A DNA stretch of 64,000 nucleotides from an uncultured Flavobacteriales bacterium (lineage in GTDB: Bacteria; Bacteroidota; Bacteroidia; Flavobacteriales; JBLHRE01): the NCBI GenBank assembly GCA_937139155.1, contig CAKZPI010000037.1, positions 68,195 through 132,194 on the forward strand, in the 5' to 3' direction. The notes under the pieces were generated by a model, which was not told where the DNA came from, made no database searches, and saw only the letters and a program-made list of their open reading frames with translations. A program made the position numbers and the translations under genes. This document shows positions 1-10,035 of the stretch, piece after piece. How positions within the stretch are numbered: position 1 is the stretch's first letter; every line of letters begins with the position of its first letter.

Positions 1-59
1 AGTTCATCTTTGCTAACCTTGTAAGTATGAGAAACTTGAATGGAGGCAGTATTGCTCAT
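1..59 (-). CDS. 5' end of a gene running off the window (possibly SRPBCC/activator-of-Hsp90-ATPase family)
   Basis: ATG at 59-57, two bases after the PhzF stop; reads MSNTASIQVSHTYKVSKDEL with no stop to the window edge. Family guess from the N-terminal pattern only. Confidence 0.35.
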   Translation of the reverse strand, partial: MSNTASIQVSHTYKVSKDE

Positions 60-61
60 AT

Positions 62-847
62 TTAAATATTGATGTTTCCTTTAAGGTAAAGTTTGGTTTT
101 GCCGGTGATTTCAATCCGGTCGTTTTTTAGTTCACAAATCAGTTTGCCGCCACGTTTAGAAACTTGTCGGGCAGTAAGTTTTTCCTTTTTCAATTCTTTG
201 GCCCAGAAAGGGGTGAGGGTGGTATGGGCAGAGCCGGTGACTGGGTCTTCTGATATGCCCACTTGGGGGGCAAAAAACCTTGAAACAAAATCAGACTGCA
301 TTCCGCGTGCGGTAACAATTAAACCCCGACCCCCTAAGGCAAGTAATTTTGCTTCATTTACTTCAATCCCTCGAATTTCAGACTCTGTTTCGAAAATCAG
401 CATCCAATCGGTTGAACCTTGAAAAACCCGGTTGGGTATGTGGTTGGTAACACTTTCAAACCTGGGTTCAAGCTCAAGCTCCTTGATTTTATCAGCCGGA
501 AAATTGAGGGTCAAACCATGTTTAGATTTTTGGACGGTAAGCATCCCTTTATTTCTGGAGGTAAATTGAATTTCATCTCCTTGATAATTCAACTCGAAGT
601 ACAGTACATGGGCGGAGGCCAAGGTAGCATGGCCACATAGATCAACTTCTGTGGTTGGGGTAAACCATCGAATTTCATAACCTTTATCTGATTGAACCAG
701 AAAAGCCGTTTCAGCAAGGTTATTTTCGGCCGCAATGTTCTGCATGGTTTCCTCTGAAATCCACTCATTCAGCAAACAAACCGCTGCAGGGTTTCCTTCA
801 AAAAGGTTTTCCGCGAAAGCATCAACTTGGTAAAGCTCCATATTCAA
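62..847 (-). CDS. PhzF family (phenazine biosynthesis-like) isomerase
   Basis: YQVDAF...GNPAAV, ETAF, EVDLCGHATLA and EDPVTGSAH motifs. Confidence 0.93.
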   Translation of the reverse strand: MNMELYQVDAFAENLFEGNPAAVCLLNEWISEETMQNIAAENNLAETAFLVQSDKGYEIRWFTPTTEVDLCGHATLASAHVLYFELNYQGDEIQFTSRNKGMLTVQKSKHGLTLNFPADKIKELELEPRFESVTNHIPNRVFQGSTDWMLIFETESEIRGIEVNEAKLLALGGRGLIVTARGMQSDFVSRFFAPQVGISEDPVTGSAHTTLTPFWAKELKKEKLTARQVSKRGGKLICELKNDRIEITGKTKLYLKGNINI

Positions 848-874
848 GTCTTAAGAGTTTCAATTTCGGGAAAT

Positions 875-1564
875 TTATTCAATCCCTTCATCATTTGCCA
901 TGACTTTAACCGCTTTATAGAAGAGAAGGGCCGCCACAGCCATCAAAGTATGGCTTAATGAAAGGTGGTTGAACCAGGTGTGAATGGACCATTCATTCAT
1001 AAAAACCAATCCGGCAAGAGCCACAAAACCATTTCCCCATAAAATGATTTTGGAAGAAAGGTTTCTCGTTTTGAAGAATAAATATCCTTCTAAAGAAAGA
1101 ACCACCACCAGCATTCCGTAGGCAGCATGGTATTCTACAAAGCTGAAGTTTAGGGTGTATAGGGTAAGAAATAAGAATATGATAAACTCTATTATATTGA
1201 TCCAGCTTAGAATTTTAATCCATTTTGGCTTGAATATTTTCGCTGAATGGAATATGGCTGCTCGTTCAATGAAAACAATGCTGAGCATGGAAATTAGCCA
1301 CCCGGGTAGCTTCCAGGCCGGTCCCAGTATATAGTAAATGGCATGCCCGAATATGCCTCCGAAAAGAGTGGCAAACCCCATCAAAAGGAAATAGAGTCGA
1401 AAGGATTTAAGGACCTTTGATTTGGGCTTGATTTTGAACAAGAAGGAGGCCGCTAGAAAACAAACTACTGACACCAAAAGGTCGGTAATTGTAACGATAG
1501 GCTCATCTATTCGTACATTCCAAAGATGCCATTGGTTGTATTCCATTGTTTCCATATAAAGCAA
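875..1564 (-). CDS. Polytopic membrane protein (DUF6962-like)
   Basis: About 7 hydrophobic helices; EP.TxxTD N-terminal motif, GGxxGH, C-terminal H-x-x-x-H. Confidence 0.7.
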   Translation of the reverse strand: MLYMETMEYNQWHLWNVRIDEPIVTITDLLVSVVCFLAASFLFKIKPKSKVLKSFRLYFLLMGFATLFGGIFGHAIYYILGPAWKLPGWLISMLSIVFIERAAIFHSAKIFKPKWIKILSWINIIEFIIFLFLTLYTLNFSFVEYHAAYGMLVVVLSLEGYLFFKTRNLSSKIILWGNGFVALAGLVFMNEWSIHTWFNHLSLSHTLMAVAALLFYKAVKVMANDEGIE

Positions 1565-1608
1565 TGCTAAGAAAACCTATTTACCTTTAAAAACTTCAAG
1601 CCAAATTT

Positions 1609-2265
1609 ATGTCGAAGTCAAAACGTCAAGTCATTTACATTTATGACCCACTATGTGGCTGGTGCTATGGTTTCACTCCACATCTTATGAAATGGGCAGA
1701 GGCTCATCCCGAATTAAATTTTACCGTCTTCTCAGGAGGTATGGTCACCGGTGACCGCGTAGGTCCGATTCGTGAGGTAGCTTCCTATATTTCGAAGGCC
1801 TATAAAAACGTAGAAGAACGATCCGGGATAAGCTTTGGGAAGCCTTTCCTAGAAACAACCCTTGAGAAGGGTGAGGCCATTTTCAACTCGGTGCCGCCGG
1901 CTAAGGCATTGGTAGGACTAAAATCACTTCAAGCTGGGGATGACCTGGATTATGCCCACCGCATTCAAAAAGCCATTTATGAGAAAGGCCATCCGCCAGA
2001 GGGGGAAAAAGCCTATGTAGAAATTGCTAAAGAAGTAGGAATTGACCCGGAAGAATACCAAGACTTTTATAGAAGCGCTGAGGCGGAAAATAAAATGAAT
2101 AAAGAGTTTGAATTGGTAAAAACATGGGGAATTGAAGGTTTTCCAACCCTAGTGCTTTTGGACGATGGAAAGGGCTACGTTCTAACCCGTGGGTTTACGG
2201 ATGCAGATGGATTGGACAAGGCTTACCAACAAGCATTGGGAAGAATTAATCAGGGGCAATCTTAG
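1609..2265 (+). CDS. DsbA family thioredoxin-fold protein
   Basis: YDPLCGWCYGF CxxC motif; GIEGFPTL cis-Pro loop. Confidence 0.9.
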   Translation: MSKSKRQVIYIYDPLCGWCYGFTPHLMKWAEAHPELNFTVFSGGMVTGDRVGPIREVASYISKAYKNVEERSGISFGKPFLETTLEKGEAIFNSVPPAKALVGLKSLQAGDDLDYAHRIQKAIYEKGHPPEGEKAYVEIAKEVGIDPEEYQDFYRSAEAENKMNKEFELVKTWGIEGFPTLVLLDDGKGYVLTRGFTDADGLDKAYQQALGRINQGQS

Positions 2266-2879
2266 CCTCTACAAGCAACCCAAACCATTTCTTGGTAAAC
2301 GGAATCTTGGTTTCCTAGAACTTCCATTTCAAATTTCACCTTCCAGCCAAACCGTTCTAATAGGGTTGGGATTTCTTCTTTAGAACGATACCAAACCCGC
2401 ATGGAATCACCCTCCCCGTCAGATTCTATCCTACTGGTTGATTCCTCGTGAATCATGCTAGAAACAAATAGAGCCGACTTATTTTTGCAAAGGGAATTTA
2501 GGTGCTCAATGCTTGCAACAAGCTCTTGATCAGAAATATAAGGAAAGCAACCCCCGGCAAGAAACCCATGAAAGGTGCCGTGGAGGGTATGGATCTCTTC
2601 AATTTTAAGCTCAATAAATTCAGCCCGGTCCTCGGTCATTGACGCTAATTCAACCATTTCAGGTGCTGAGTCAATGCCAGTAACCTTTAAGTTTGGGAGG
2701 CTATTAAGGCAATAAGTTGAAAGATTCCCTGGTCCGCAGCCGAGGTCAAGAATCTTCCCTTTTTCGGGAATTCTAGACAGGAAAAAATCCAGGCCTGGAG
2801 CATAAGGAGTAACATCTCCAAATTGCTTCAAATAGGAAAGTGCGTGCTTTCCAAAAATCTTAGATACAGAATCAGACAT
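2262..2879 (-). CDS. Class I SAM-dependent methyltransferase
   Basis: ILDLGCGPG motif I; GIDSAPEM. Confidence 0.88.
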   Translation of the reverse strand: MSDSVSKIFGKHALSYLKQFGDVTPYAPGLDFFLSRIPEKGKILDLGCGPGNLSTYCLNSLPNLKVTGIDSAPEMVELASMTEDRAEFIELKIEEIHTLHGTFHGFLAGGCFPYISDQELVASIEHLNSLCKNKSALFVSSMIHEESTSRIESDGEGDSMRVWYRSKEEIPTLLERFGWKVKFEMEVLGNQDSVYQEMVWVACRG

Positions 2880-3078
2880 GGGAGGGAAGCTTTCCCCTCA
2901 AAGGTAATAGAAAATGAATTATCCCGTAAATAATACCTTGACCCTATATGTCATGAATGAAATCTAGGCGAGGAGGCTTAACCCTAAAGGGTTCCATGCA
3001 AGAATGTTATGATTTTATGCAAGTTGCTGATATATAGTTAAAACCACGGTTGAAAAAACTGAATAGCTCATGAATTAA

Positions 3079-4053
3079 CTAGGGATCAAGGTCCAATATT
3101 AAGTTCCCAATTTTTTCTCCAGACTCCATATGTTGATAGGCTTTTTTAATTTCTTGAAGGGAGTAAGTTCTTTCAATGAGTGGATGTATTTTTCCTTCCT
3201 GAAGGTAGATAGCAGCGGTTTCAATACTTTCTTGAATGTTTTTAGGGATGGGGAATTTCATGATTTTCCCTTTTCTCAGCCGGGTTAGCAATGGGAGAAA
3301 TAAACTTTCCTTGTAGGGGCCCAGTTCTGAGCTCATATAAATGCCTCTTGGCTTTAGAATTTGCTTTGCAATTTTGAAATTCAGCTTTCCAACGGAATCC
3401 AAAAACACATCGTAGTCTTTTGATAAGGATTTAAAGTCGAGGTTTTCATAATTGAATACATGGTCGGCTCCCAAGGACTTAATCTGATCCAAATGCTTTT
3501 TTCCAGAACTAGCCGAAACCATGGAGCCATTGGCTTTGAAGATTTGAATGGCCGCTGAACCGATGGCGCCGGTTCCACCATTAATAAAGATTTTCTTAGG
3601 ATTTCGGGCGGCTTTAAAATAGGTGTAGGCATAATGGAAGCCTTCTAAGGATGCAGCTGCTTTTTCAAAATCAATGGTTTCTGGAATTTTAACCATGGCA
3701 ACGTTGGAGTCCACTTTTAAAAGTTCCGCTTGGGAACCCAGCCCTTCATCTCGAAAGCCCATTACTCGGTCGCCGATTTCAAACCCCTTAAAATCCTTCC
3801 CCTTCTCGATGATTTCCCCGGAAAAATCAGTGCCTAAAACCTTGATTTTCGGATGGGGCATTCCAGTGAAAAACCTAAACACGAATGGCTTGCCTCTTAG
3901 AACCCCTTGGTCGGTACGGTTAATGGTTGTGGCCTGCACCCTTACCAAAGCTTGATGGTTCTTTAAAGGGCTTAATGGAATGGCCTCTATACGAATGGTT
4001 TCTGGGGGGCCGTATTTATCACGAAGGGCTGCTTTGTATTTTTTCGGAATCAT
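3079..4053 (-). CDS. MDR-family NAD(P)-dependent oxidoreductase (quinone oxidoreductase-like)
   Basis: LGTDFSGEI, GDRV, INGGTGAIGSAAIQ, G-K-x-G-N C-terminal pattern. Confidence 0.9.
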   Translation of the reverse strand: MIPKKYKAALRDKYGPPETIRIEAIPLSPLKNHQALVRVQATTINRTDQGVLRGKPFVFRFFTGMPHPKIKVLGTDFSGEIIEKGKDFKGFEIGDRVMGFRDEGLGSQAELLKVDSNVAMVKIPETIDFEKAAASLEGFHYAYTYFKAARNPKKIFINGGTGAIGSAAIQIFKANGSMVSASSGKKHLDQIKSLGADHVFNYENLDFKSLSKDYDVFLDSVGKLNFKIAKQILKPRGIYMSSELGPYKESLFLPLLTRLRKGKIMKFPIPKNIQESIETAAIYLQEGKIHPLIERTYSLQEIKKAYQHMESGEKIGNLILDLDP

Positions 4054-4070
4054 TCCTTCAAATTTCGGAT

Positions 4071-4110
4071 AAAAAAATGGGCTGGATTCAAAAAACCCAG
4101 CCCATTCTTT
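4071..4110. terminator. Intrinsic terminator after the M43 protease gene
   Basis: Inverted repeat AATGGGCTGG...CCAGCCCATT with an A-run on the + side (U-tail on - strand). Confidence 0.8.
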
Positions 4111-4127
4111 TCAATCAAAACAACAAA

Positions 4128-6203
4128 CTACTGAACGATCAATTTTTTGGTTTGAAGTCCTTGGCTTGTTTGCACGCTAATGAAATAAACACCCGGACTA
4201 AATTCGGATAAATCCAATGCATGAAGGTTTTTACCCTTAGCCAGGGAAACCTGATCAATGAATTGGGTTGAACCTTGAATGTTCACCACCCTTAATTCAA
4301 CCGGACCTGCCTGGTTAGAAACAATCTCAACCTGTGCATGGTTGGTTGCTGGATTTGGGAAAAGACGAATTCCTTCCGTTAAATCATCTCCTTCAAATCT
4401 TGCTCCTGAGCCAAGCAATACTTCGTAATCTTCAACTTCTCCATAGGTGAAGGTTTCACAAGAGCTAGGATTAGCATTGTACTTCATAGAAACCCGCATT
4501 CTGGTATACCCATCAGAGAAGGAAGAAGGAACGGTAAAGGAGCCATTGATTACAGAAGATGTGGTTCGGCTTCTAGAGTAAACATTTTCACCAGCATCGG
4601 TAAAATCACCATCCCGGTTGTAATCAATCCAAACGTCGTAGGCCTCTCTATAAACCGTGCCGGTCCAGGTAGGATAAATGGTAATCCCGTAAGAATTATT
4701 GGCCTGAAGACTTGTGTTTAGGTGGGTGTAATCCCCATAACCACCGTCATTTCCTGAGGTATTGTCAATAGATCCTATTACCACTCGATTAATGTACTCA
4801 TCGTTGGTATTATTACCTTGAGAAGCACAATATCCGGTTGGAGCAGGAGGAGGGGTTCCTCCACCGCCGCCACCACCACCAGACCCGATGGTGAAGCTGG
4901 TTGCTTCAGAACTTCCAAAGCTTCCCCCTGAAGCATAGGAGGTTGAGGCATCACTTAAATCGTAAGAGCCTGAGCCGTAGCTACAGCAGATTCCATCTCC
5001 GTAGCTATCGTAAATAATGTATTCATAATCTCCATCACCTAAACAGAAGGTCTCAGTATAAGTAGTGTTTTTTCCAGAGTATCCAGAGCCAGATTCAATC
5101 ACGGTACCTGAGCCATTTTTTAGCTCCCAGCTGGTTTCACCTGGGTAGTTGTCTGTGGTTAGGGTAAGAGTTACCTCGGTATCTGAGCAGGAGCCTCCCC
5201 CTCCGCCGCCACCACCGGTAGCGATGAAGCTAGCTCTTGGCGCATTGGTTCCAAAAAAGACGGCCCGCATCCGATCTTCTTGTCCTTGGGTAAACATGTT
5301 CATGCAGGCATCATCCACATAATCCATATAGTTCATAAACATATCATTGCTTAGGCAAGAAGAAGATGGATGTGAAGGACAACCGTAATTGGCCTGAAGG
5401 GCATCTGGGGTATCGCTTACATAATCACTAGCCCCACAAGCTCCGTCGCCCCAAATATGTCTAAGGTTTAACCAGTGGCCCACTTCATGGGTAGTGGTCC
5501 TGCCCTTGTCGAACGGAGCTGATAAGTAAAATCCAGTGCCTTTGTCGGAAGAGCCAAAGTAATTCGGTGACATAACAACCCCATCGGTTGAGGGATCGCC
5601 TCCAGGAAACTGAGCATAACCCAAAATTCCACCACCAATATTGCATACCCACATATTCAGGTACTCATCGGTTGGCCAGGCATCAACCCCTCCTGAGGAG
5701 GATGATTTCATGGCGTCATTGGTGCCCCAGCTGGAAGTATTGCTGTATTTCCGGGTAATCCCTGTGGTTGCATTCCCGTTGGGGTCAACCGTGGCCATTT
5801 CAAAGCGAATTTTTAAATCGCCCGAAGCAACCGAAGCAAATTCAGAAGGGGTGTTTGAATAGTCTGAATTGGTGGCAGAAAAATCCTCATTCAAAACGTC
5901 GATTTGCGATTGAATCTGAGCGTCTGAAATGTTTTGCTGACTGGTTTTGTAAATAACATGAACCACCACCGGAATAATCACCGTTTCCCCGTCAGGGTCA
6001 AGCCTTCCTGTAGCTCGCAAATCTTCTAACTCTCTCACATAATCTGCCGTGCTCTCTTCAATCATCTCCATCCGATGTTGATATTTCGGATTTTGAATCT
6101 GCTCTTCAAACTTTTCATGGGCAGCACATGTTCTCTGCTGGGCCATGGAAAGGAGCGGTAGTCCTAATACTAGAACCATGGAAACGCGTAATAATTTCCT
6201 CAT
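4128..6203 (-). CDS. M43 (pappalysin-like) zinc metalloprotease with GEVED domain and T9SS C-terminal sorting domain
   Basis: Signal peptide, RTCA pro-peptide Cys, IPVVVHVIY, HEVGHWLNLRH zinc motif, NYMDY Met-turn, poly-Gly linkers, YGEVEDY, C-terminal FPNP...GVYFISV...KLIVQ. Confidence 0.93.
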   Translation of the reverse strand: MRKLLRVSMVLVLGLPLLSMAQQRTCAAHEKFEEQIQNPKYQHRMEMIEESTADYVRELEDLRATGRLDPDGETVIIPVVVHVIYKTSQQNISDAQIQSQIDVLNEDFSATNSDYSNTPSEFASVASGDLKIRFEMATVDPNGNATTGITRKYSNTSSWGTNDAMKSSSSGGVDAWPTDEYLNMWVCNIGGGILGYAQFPGGDPSTDGVVMSPNYFGSSDKGTGFYLSAPFDKGRTTTHEVGHWLNLRHIWGDGACGASDYVSDTPDALQANYGCPSHPSSSCLSNDMFMNYMDYVDDACMNMFTQGQEDRMRAVFFGTNAPRASFIATGGGGGGGGSCSDTEVTLTLTTDNYPGETSWELKNGSGTVIESGSGYSGKNTTYTETFCLGDGDYEYIIYDSYGDGICCSYGSGSYDLSDASTSYASGGSFGSSEATSFTIGSGGGGGGGGTPPPAPTGYCASQGNNTNDEYINRVVIGSIDNTSGNDGGYGDYTHLNTSLQANNSYGITIYPTWTGTVYREAYDVWIDYNRDGDFTDAGENVYSRSRTTSSVINGSFTVPSSFSDGYTRMRVSMKYNANPSSCETFTYGEVEDYEVLLGSGARFEGDDLTEGIRLFPNPATNHAQVEIVSNQAGPVELRVVNIQGSTQFIDQVSLAKGKNLHALDLSEFSPGVYFISVQTSQGLQTKKLIVQ

Positions 6204-6468
6204 AATTTAAAGATTTGGTTAAACATTAATGGTTTTACAGACCCCGATTTAGCCAAAATCATTTTTATTTCAAAGCATTGGAAATGAAAAGATTATATGG
6301 ATTTTTTGGTACGAAGTTTGGAATGATTGACCCTAATTGTCTGAAATTCTTTGGCTTAAGACTCTCCAAATTCAAGAAAAAATTGAACAAGTGTTCAATG
6401 GATTGAAATTTCACCCTTCCGAGACCAAAGGCGGAAAATTTTCGTTCTTTATTCAAAGCCCAAAAAAT

Positions 6469-7125
6469 ATGAATCAAGAAAAAGAAAAGGGGGCAAGCAC
6501 CCTTCGGCAGAAGCTTCAGAAGACCTACCTCCAAACCGTGCTTGAAAAAGGTGAACCTCCAAAATCTGTGTTCAGCTTTTGTTTGGAAAATGAAATTGAT
6601 GAAGAAAGCTTTTACCGTGAGTTTAGCAGCTTGGAAGGACTCGGGGCTTCTATCTTTGCCGATGCCTTCGATGAGGTGGTAAGGGCATTGAAAGCATCTC
6701 CAGAATATCCTGAATTTTTGGTTAGAGAGCGATTTCTAGCCACTTATTATGCATGGTTTGAGAAAGCCCTAAGTCTTAGATCGTATGCCCTCATTCAATT
6801 GAATCCTAGAAAGCTGCCCTCTGAATGGTCTTCTTTGAACCAATGGAAAAGAAAATTTAAATCCTGGGCCGATGAATGTCTTAATCAAGGAGTGGAATCA
6901 GGAGAGATTCCAGGGCGCTCAAAGCTGAACAATACCTATCCAGACATGTTATGGCTTCAGTTTTTGTTCTTAAACCAGTTTTGGTTGAAGGATGAAAGCA
7001 AAGGATTTGAAAAGACCGATGAGGCCGTAGAAAAAAACCTAAGGCTTGCTTTTGATTTGATTGAGAAAAATGCCGTTGATTCAGCCTTTGACTTAGGAAA
7101 ATTCATCATTCAACAAATGCGATGA
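6469..7125 (+). CDS. TetR-family regulator-like protein (Bacteroidota type); likely start ATG 6469 rather than 6337
   Basis: G.PPKSVF.FC...FY..F.S N-terminus; TD.AVEK C-terminal motif; ATGA-coupled to the ABC1 kinase gene. Confidence 0.75.
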   Translation: MNQEKEKGASTLRQKLQKTYLQTVLEKGEPPKSVFSFCLENEIDEESFYREFSSLEGLGASIFADAFDEVVRALKASPEYPEFLVRERFLATYYAWFEKALSLRSYALIQLNPRKLPSEWSSLNQWKRKFKSWADECLNQGVESGEIPGRSKLNNTYPDMLWLQFLFLNQFWLKDESKGFEKTDEAVEKNLRLAFDLIEKNAVDSAFDLGKFIIQQMR

Positions 7126-8441
7126 AGGAACAAGATAAAATGCCCTCCGGTAGAATGGTTCGTACCGGGAAATTTGTGAAAACCGGTGCTCAATTGGGAG
7201 CCAATTACCTTAAGGCCTATGGGAAAAAGGTTTTAACCGGAAACTACAATCAAGAAGAGCTTGATGAAGCCAACGCCACGGATGTATATAAAACCCTTTC
7301 CGAACTTAAAGGCTCGGCCTTGAAGGTGGCTCAAATGTTAAGCATGGACCAAGGGGTGCTTCCTCAGGCATATTCACAGAAATTTGCCCAAGCCCAGTAT
7401 TCAGCACCCCCTTTGTCGTATCCCTTGGTGATTCAAACCTTTAAGAAATCCTTTGGGAAATCACCTTTAGAAATCTTTGATTCCTTCTCAAAATCGGCAG
7501 TGGCAGCTGCTTCTATTGGGCAGGTTCACTTGGCGGAAAAAGAGGGGCAGAAATTTGCGGTTAAAATTCAGTATCCAGGGGTAGCAGACAGCATTGATGC
7601 TGATTTGAAAATGGTGAAACCGGTGGTTGGAGCCATGTTCAACATAACCTCTTCTGAAATGGATCATTATTTAGGAGAGGTTCGAGAGCGGCTTTTGGAA
7701 GAAACGGATTACCGGCTTGAATTAAAACGGAGCCTTGATATATCTTCAGCTTTCGCTGGAAACCCTTTTCTAGCCTTCCCTAAATATTACCCGGAATTCT
7801 CCTCCGAAAGAATTTTAACCATGGATTGGTTGGAAGGAAAACATATGAACGAATTTTTGAAAACCAATCCCAGTCAAGAAATGAGAGACCAACTGGGTCA
7901 GGCTCTTTGGGATTTTTACGATGTGCAGATTCACGATAGGATGGAGGTGCATGCAGACCCACATCCAGGAAACTTCATGTTCTCTGGGGAGGGCAAAATT
8001 GGGGTCATAGACTTTGGTTGTGTGAAATCTTTCACCCCTAATTTTTACGAAAAATACTTCACCATCATCAACCCTAATATGTCAGGGAAACAGGATGAGT
8101 TCGAAGTCTTATTACGGGATTTAAAATTCATTTTACCAGAGGATAATCCTACGGAAATTAAATACTTCATGGCCTTGTATACTCAGGTTTTGGAGGTGCT
8201 TTGTAGACCTTTCTTCTCTGAGTCTTTTGACTTTTCTGATCCAAGCTATTTTGAGGAAATCCAGGTGTTGTCACAAAAGCTTCAAAAGGATAAAATATTG
8301 CGGAAGGCAAAAGCGGCGCGCGGACCCCGAGATGCTATTTATTTGAATAGAACCTATTTTGGTTTGTACAGTTTACTCAATCAGTTAAATGCTAAGGTTA
8401 AGACCAGATCTCGTTTAAGCCAAGAGGTAATGGCCCATTAA
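7122..8441 (+). CDS. ABC1/AarF/UbiB family atypical protein kinase
   Basis: LKGSALKVAQMLS, AAASIGQVH, AVKIQYPG, HADPHPGNF, IDFGC. Confidence 0.93.
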   Translation: MKEQDKMPSGRMVRTGKFVKTGAQLGANYLKAYGKKVLTGNYNQEELDEANATDVYKTLSELKGSALKVAQMLSMDQGVLPQAYSQKFAQAQYSAPPLSYPLVIQTFKKSFGKSPLEIFDSFSKSAVAAASIGQVHLAEKEGQKFAVKIQYPGVADSIDADLKMVKPVVGAMFNITSSEMDHYLGEVRERLLEETDYRLELKRSLDISSAFAGNPFLAFPKYYPEFSSERILTMDWLEGKHMNEFLKTNPSQEMRDQLGQALWDFYDVQIHDRMEVHADPHPGNFMFSGEGKIGVIDFGCVKSFTPNFYEKYFTIINPNMSGKQDEFEVLLRDLKFILPEDNPTEIKYFMALYTQVLEVLCRPFFSESFDFSDPSYFEEIQVLSQKLQKDKILRKAKAARGPRDAIYLNRTYFGLYSLLNQLNAKVKTRSRLSQEVMAH

Positions 8442-8472
8442 AATTACCTACTTTTCTTGAAAATTTTCAAGA

Positions 8473-9458
8473 ATGTACATCCGGAGAAATTATGGCTTTT
8501 TCATGACCCTAAACTGGTCAAAGGCCCCACTTATTTATGGCATCCTCTATTCAGGAGTCATAACCGCCATCGCTTAATTTGTTGACTTTAGTTTTGCCTT
8601 GGCCTGGCAACCCGTTTCTGTAGTGGGTATTGCCGTAGCCTTTACTTAGGATTTAAAAACAATTCTTCCTACGACCGAACTTGGGAGGCCCGGAAGATTT
8701 GGGGATCAATTGTAAACAATAGCCGGAGCTTTAGTGCGGCGGTTTTAGCCTTTGTGCAAGGAGAGGGAGCTGAAGAAAAGCAAAGGGAACTGGTTTACCG
8801 ACATATTGCCTGGCTCACCGCATTGAGGCACCAACTCCGATTGGCAAAACCCTGGGAGCATACCGATATTCGGCTAAATACTTTGTTTCCAGGAACGGTT
8901 TGTGAGGATTATAACAACCGCCTTGAACGTGAACTGGAACCCTTGATTTCTAAGGAAGAGATTAAGCATGTGCTTTCCAAGGCCAATCCAGCTACACAGC
9001 TGATGAAAAATCAATCCTTGAAACTTCAAAACCTAAAAGATGAGGGAAGGTATGATGATTTTCGGCACATGGAATTGCACCAACTCATGGTTTCCTTCTA
9101 TGCAGATCAAGGCAAATCCGAACGAATAAAAAACTTCCCCTTCCTGAGGCAATATGCATCTACCGCACTTTGGTTAACCTGGGTTTTTGCGGCTTTACTT
9201 CCTTTGGCACTCTTGGATATTTTTCAAACCAAAGGAGAAGTATTCATCTGGTTCACTCCGGTGGTTGCAGGCCTCATTATCTGGATCTTTTTTCTGATGG
9301 AAAAGATTGGAGATTATTCCGAAAATCCATTTGAAGGAACCTACAATGACGTTCCCATTACCACCATTGCACGAGGAATCGAAATTGATTTACGAGAAAT
9401 GATGAACGAAAAGGAGGTACCGTCCCTACCTTCAACCGAGTACGGGTTTCAAATGTAA
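8473..9458 (+). pseudogene. Bestrophin-family (YneE/VCCN-like) channel gene disrupted by a nonsense codon and a frameshift
   Basis: ATG 8473 MYIRRNYG...; in-frame TAA at 8575-8577; ...WQPVSVVGIAVAF, then a 1-nt shift at 8641-8643 into YLGFKNNSSYDRTWEARKIWGSIVNNSRSF, which is in frame with ORF 8754-9458 (ENPFEG..NDVP). Confidence 0.85.
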
Positions 9459-9503
9459 TGGGAAGAAACCATTTGAAAATCTGGTCATTCCGTTTAGTAT
9501 TTG

Positions 9504-9511
9504 TACCTTTG
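9504..9511 (+). promoter_or_regulatory. Bacteroidota sigma-ABfr -7 element upstream of the FKBP gene
   Basis: TACCTTTG matches TAnnTTTG, 30 bp before the ATG. Confidence 0.65.
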
Positions 9512-9540
9512 CGCCCAATTATTAATCAGAAGTTTTTAGC

Positions 9541-9969
9541 ATGTCTAAAGCAAAGAAGAACGACACAGTTCAAGTACATTACACAGGAAAATTAACCAAC
9601 GGCGAGGTCTTTGATTCATCCGTTGATCGTGACCCATTGGAATTCACCGTAGGAGGTGGTCAAATGATTCCAGGCTTTGATGCCGCCGTTGACGGAATGG
9701 AAGTGAACGAGAAGAAAACCATAAATATTCCAGCTGCTGAAGCATATGGTGAGCGCAACGAAGAAATGATTCAGGCTGTGCCTCGCACTCAATTGCCAGA
9801 AGACCTTAAGCCTGAAGTAGGACAAACCCTAGTTGCAGCTCAGCCAAACGGACAACAGCTTCACGTTGTTGTACAAGAGGTTAAGGATGATAGCATTGTA
9901 GTAGATGGTAACCATCCATTGGCTGGAAAAGAATTGGTATTCGACCTAGAATTGGTTGGAATCAAATAA
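9541..9969 (+). CDS. FKBP-type peptidyl-prolyl isomerase (short SlyD/FkpB type, no His tail)
   Basis: VHYTGKL...VFDSS, G.GQMIPGF, DGNHPLAGKEL.F. Confidence 0.93.
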   Translation: MSKAKKNDTVQVHYTGKLTNGEVFDSSVDRDPLEFTVGGGQMIPGFDAAVDGMEVNEKKTINIPAAEAYGERNEEMIQAVPRTQLPEDLKPEVGQTLVAAQPNGQQLHVVVQEVKDDSIVVDGNHPLAGKELVFDLELVGIK

Positions 9970-9991
9970 TTTTTCCCGAAATATTTTTAAG

Positions 9992-10018
9992 AAAGCCTCC
10001 TGATTGGGGGCTTTTTTT
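9992..10018 (+). terminator. Intrinsic terminator between convergent genes
   Basis: AAAGCCTCC-TGATT-GGGGGCTTT followed by a T-run. Confidence 0.8.
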
Positions 10019-10035
10019 ATGCCTTAGAAAAGGCT

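Noticed and set aside
2880-3078. Intergenic region with AACCCT-AA-AGGGTT hairpin and GGCGAGG start resembling a tRNA or sRNA
   Set aside because: No T-loop, anticodon arm or acceptor stem could be built; a single 6-bp stem is not enough.
4850-5220. GC-rich CCA/CCG repeats
   Set aside because: They encode poly-Gly/Pro linkers between domains of the M43 protease.
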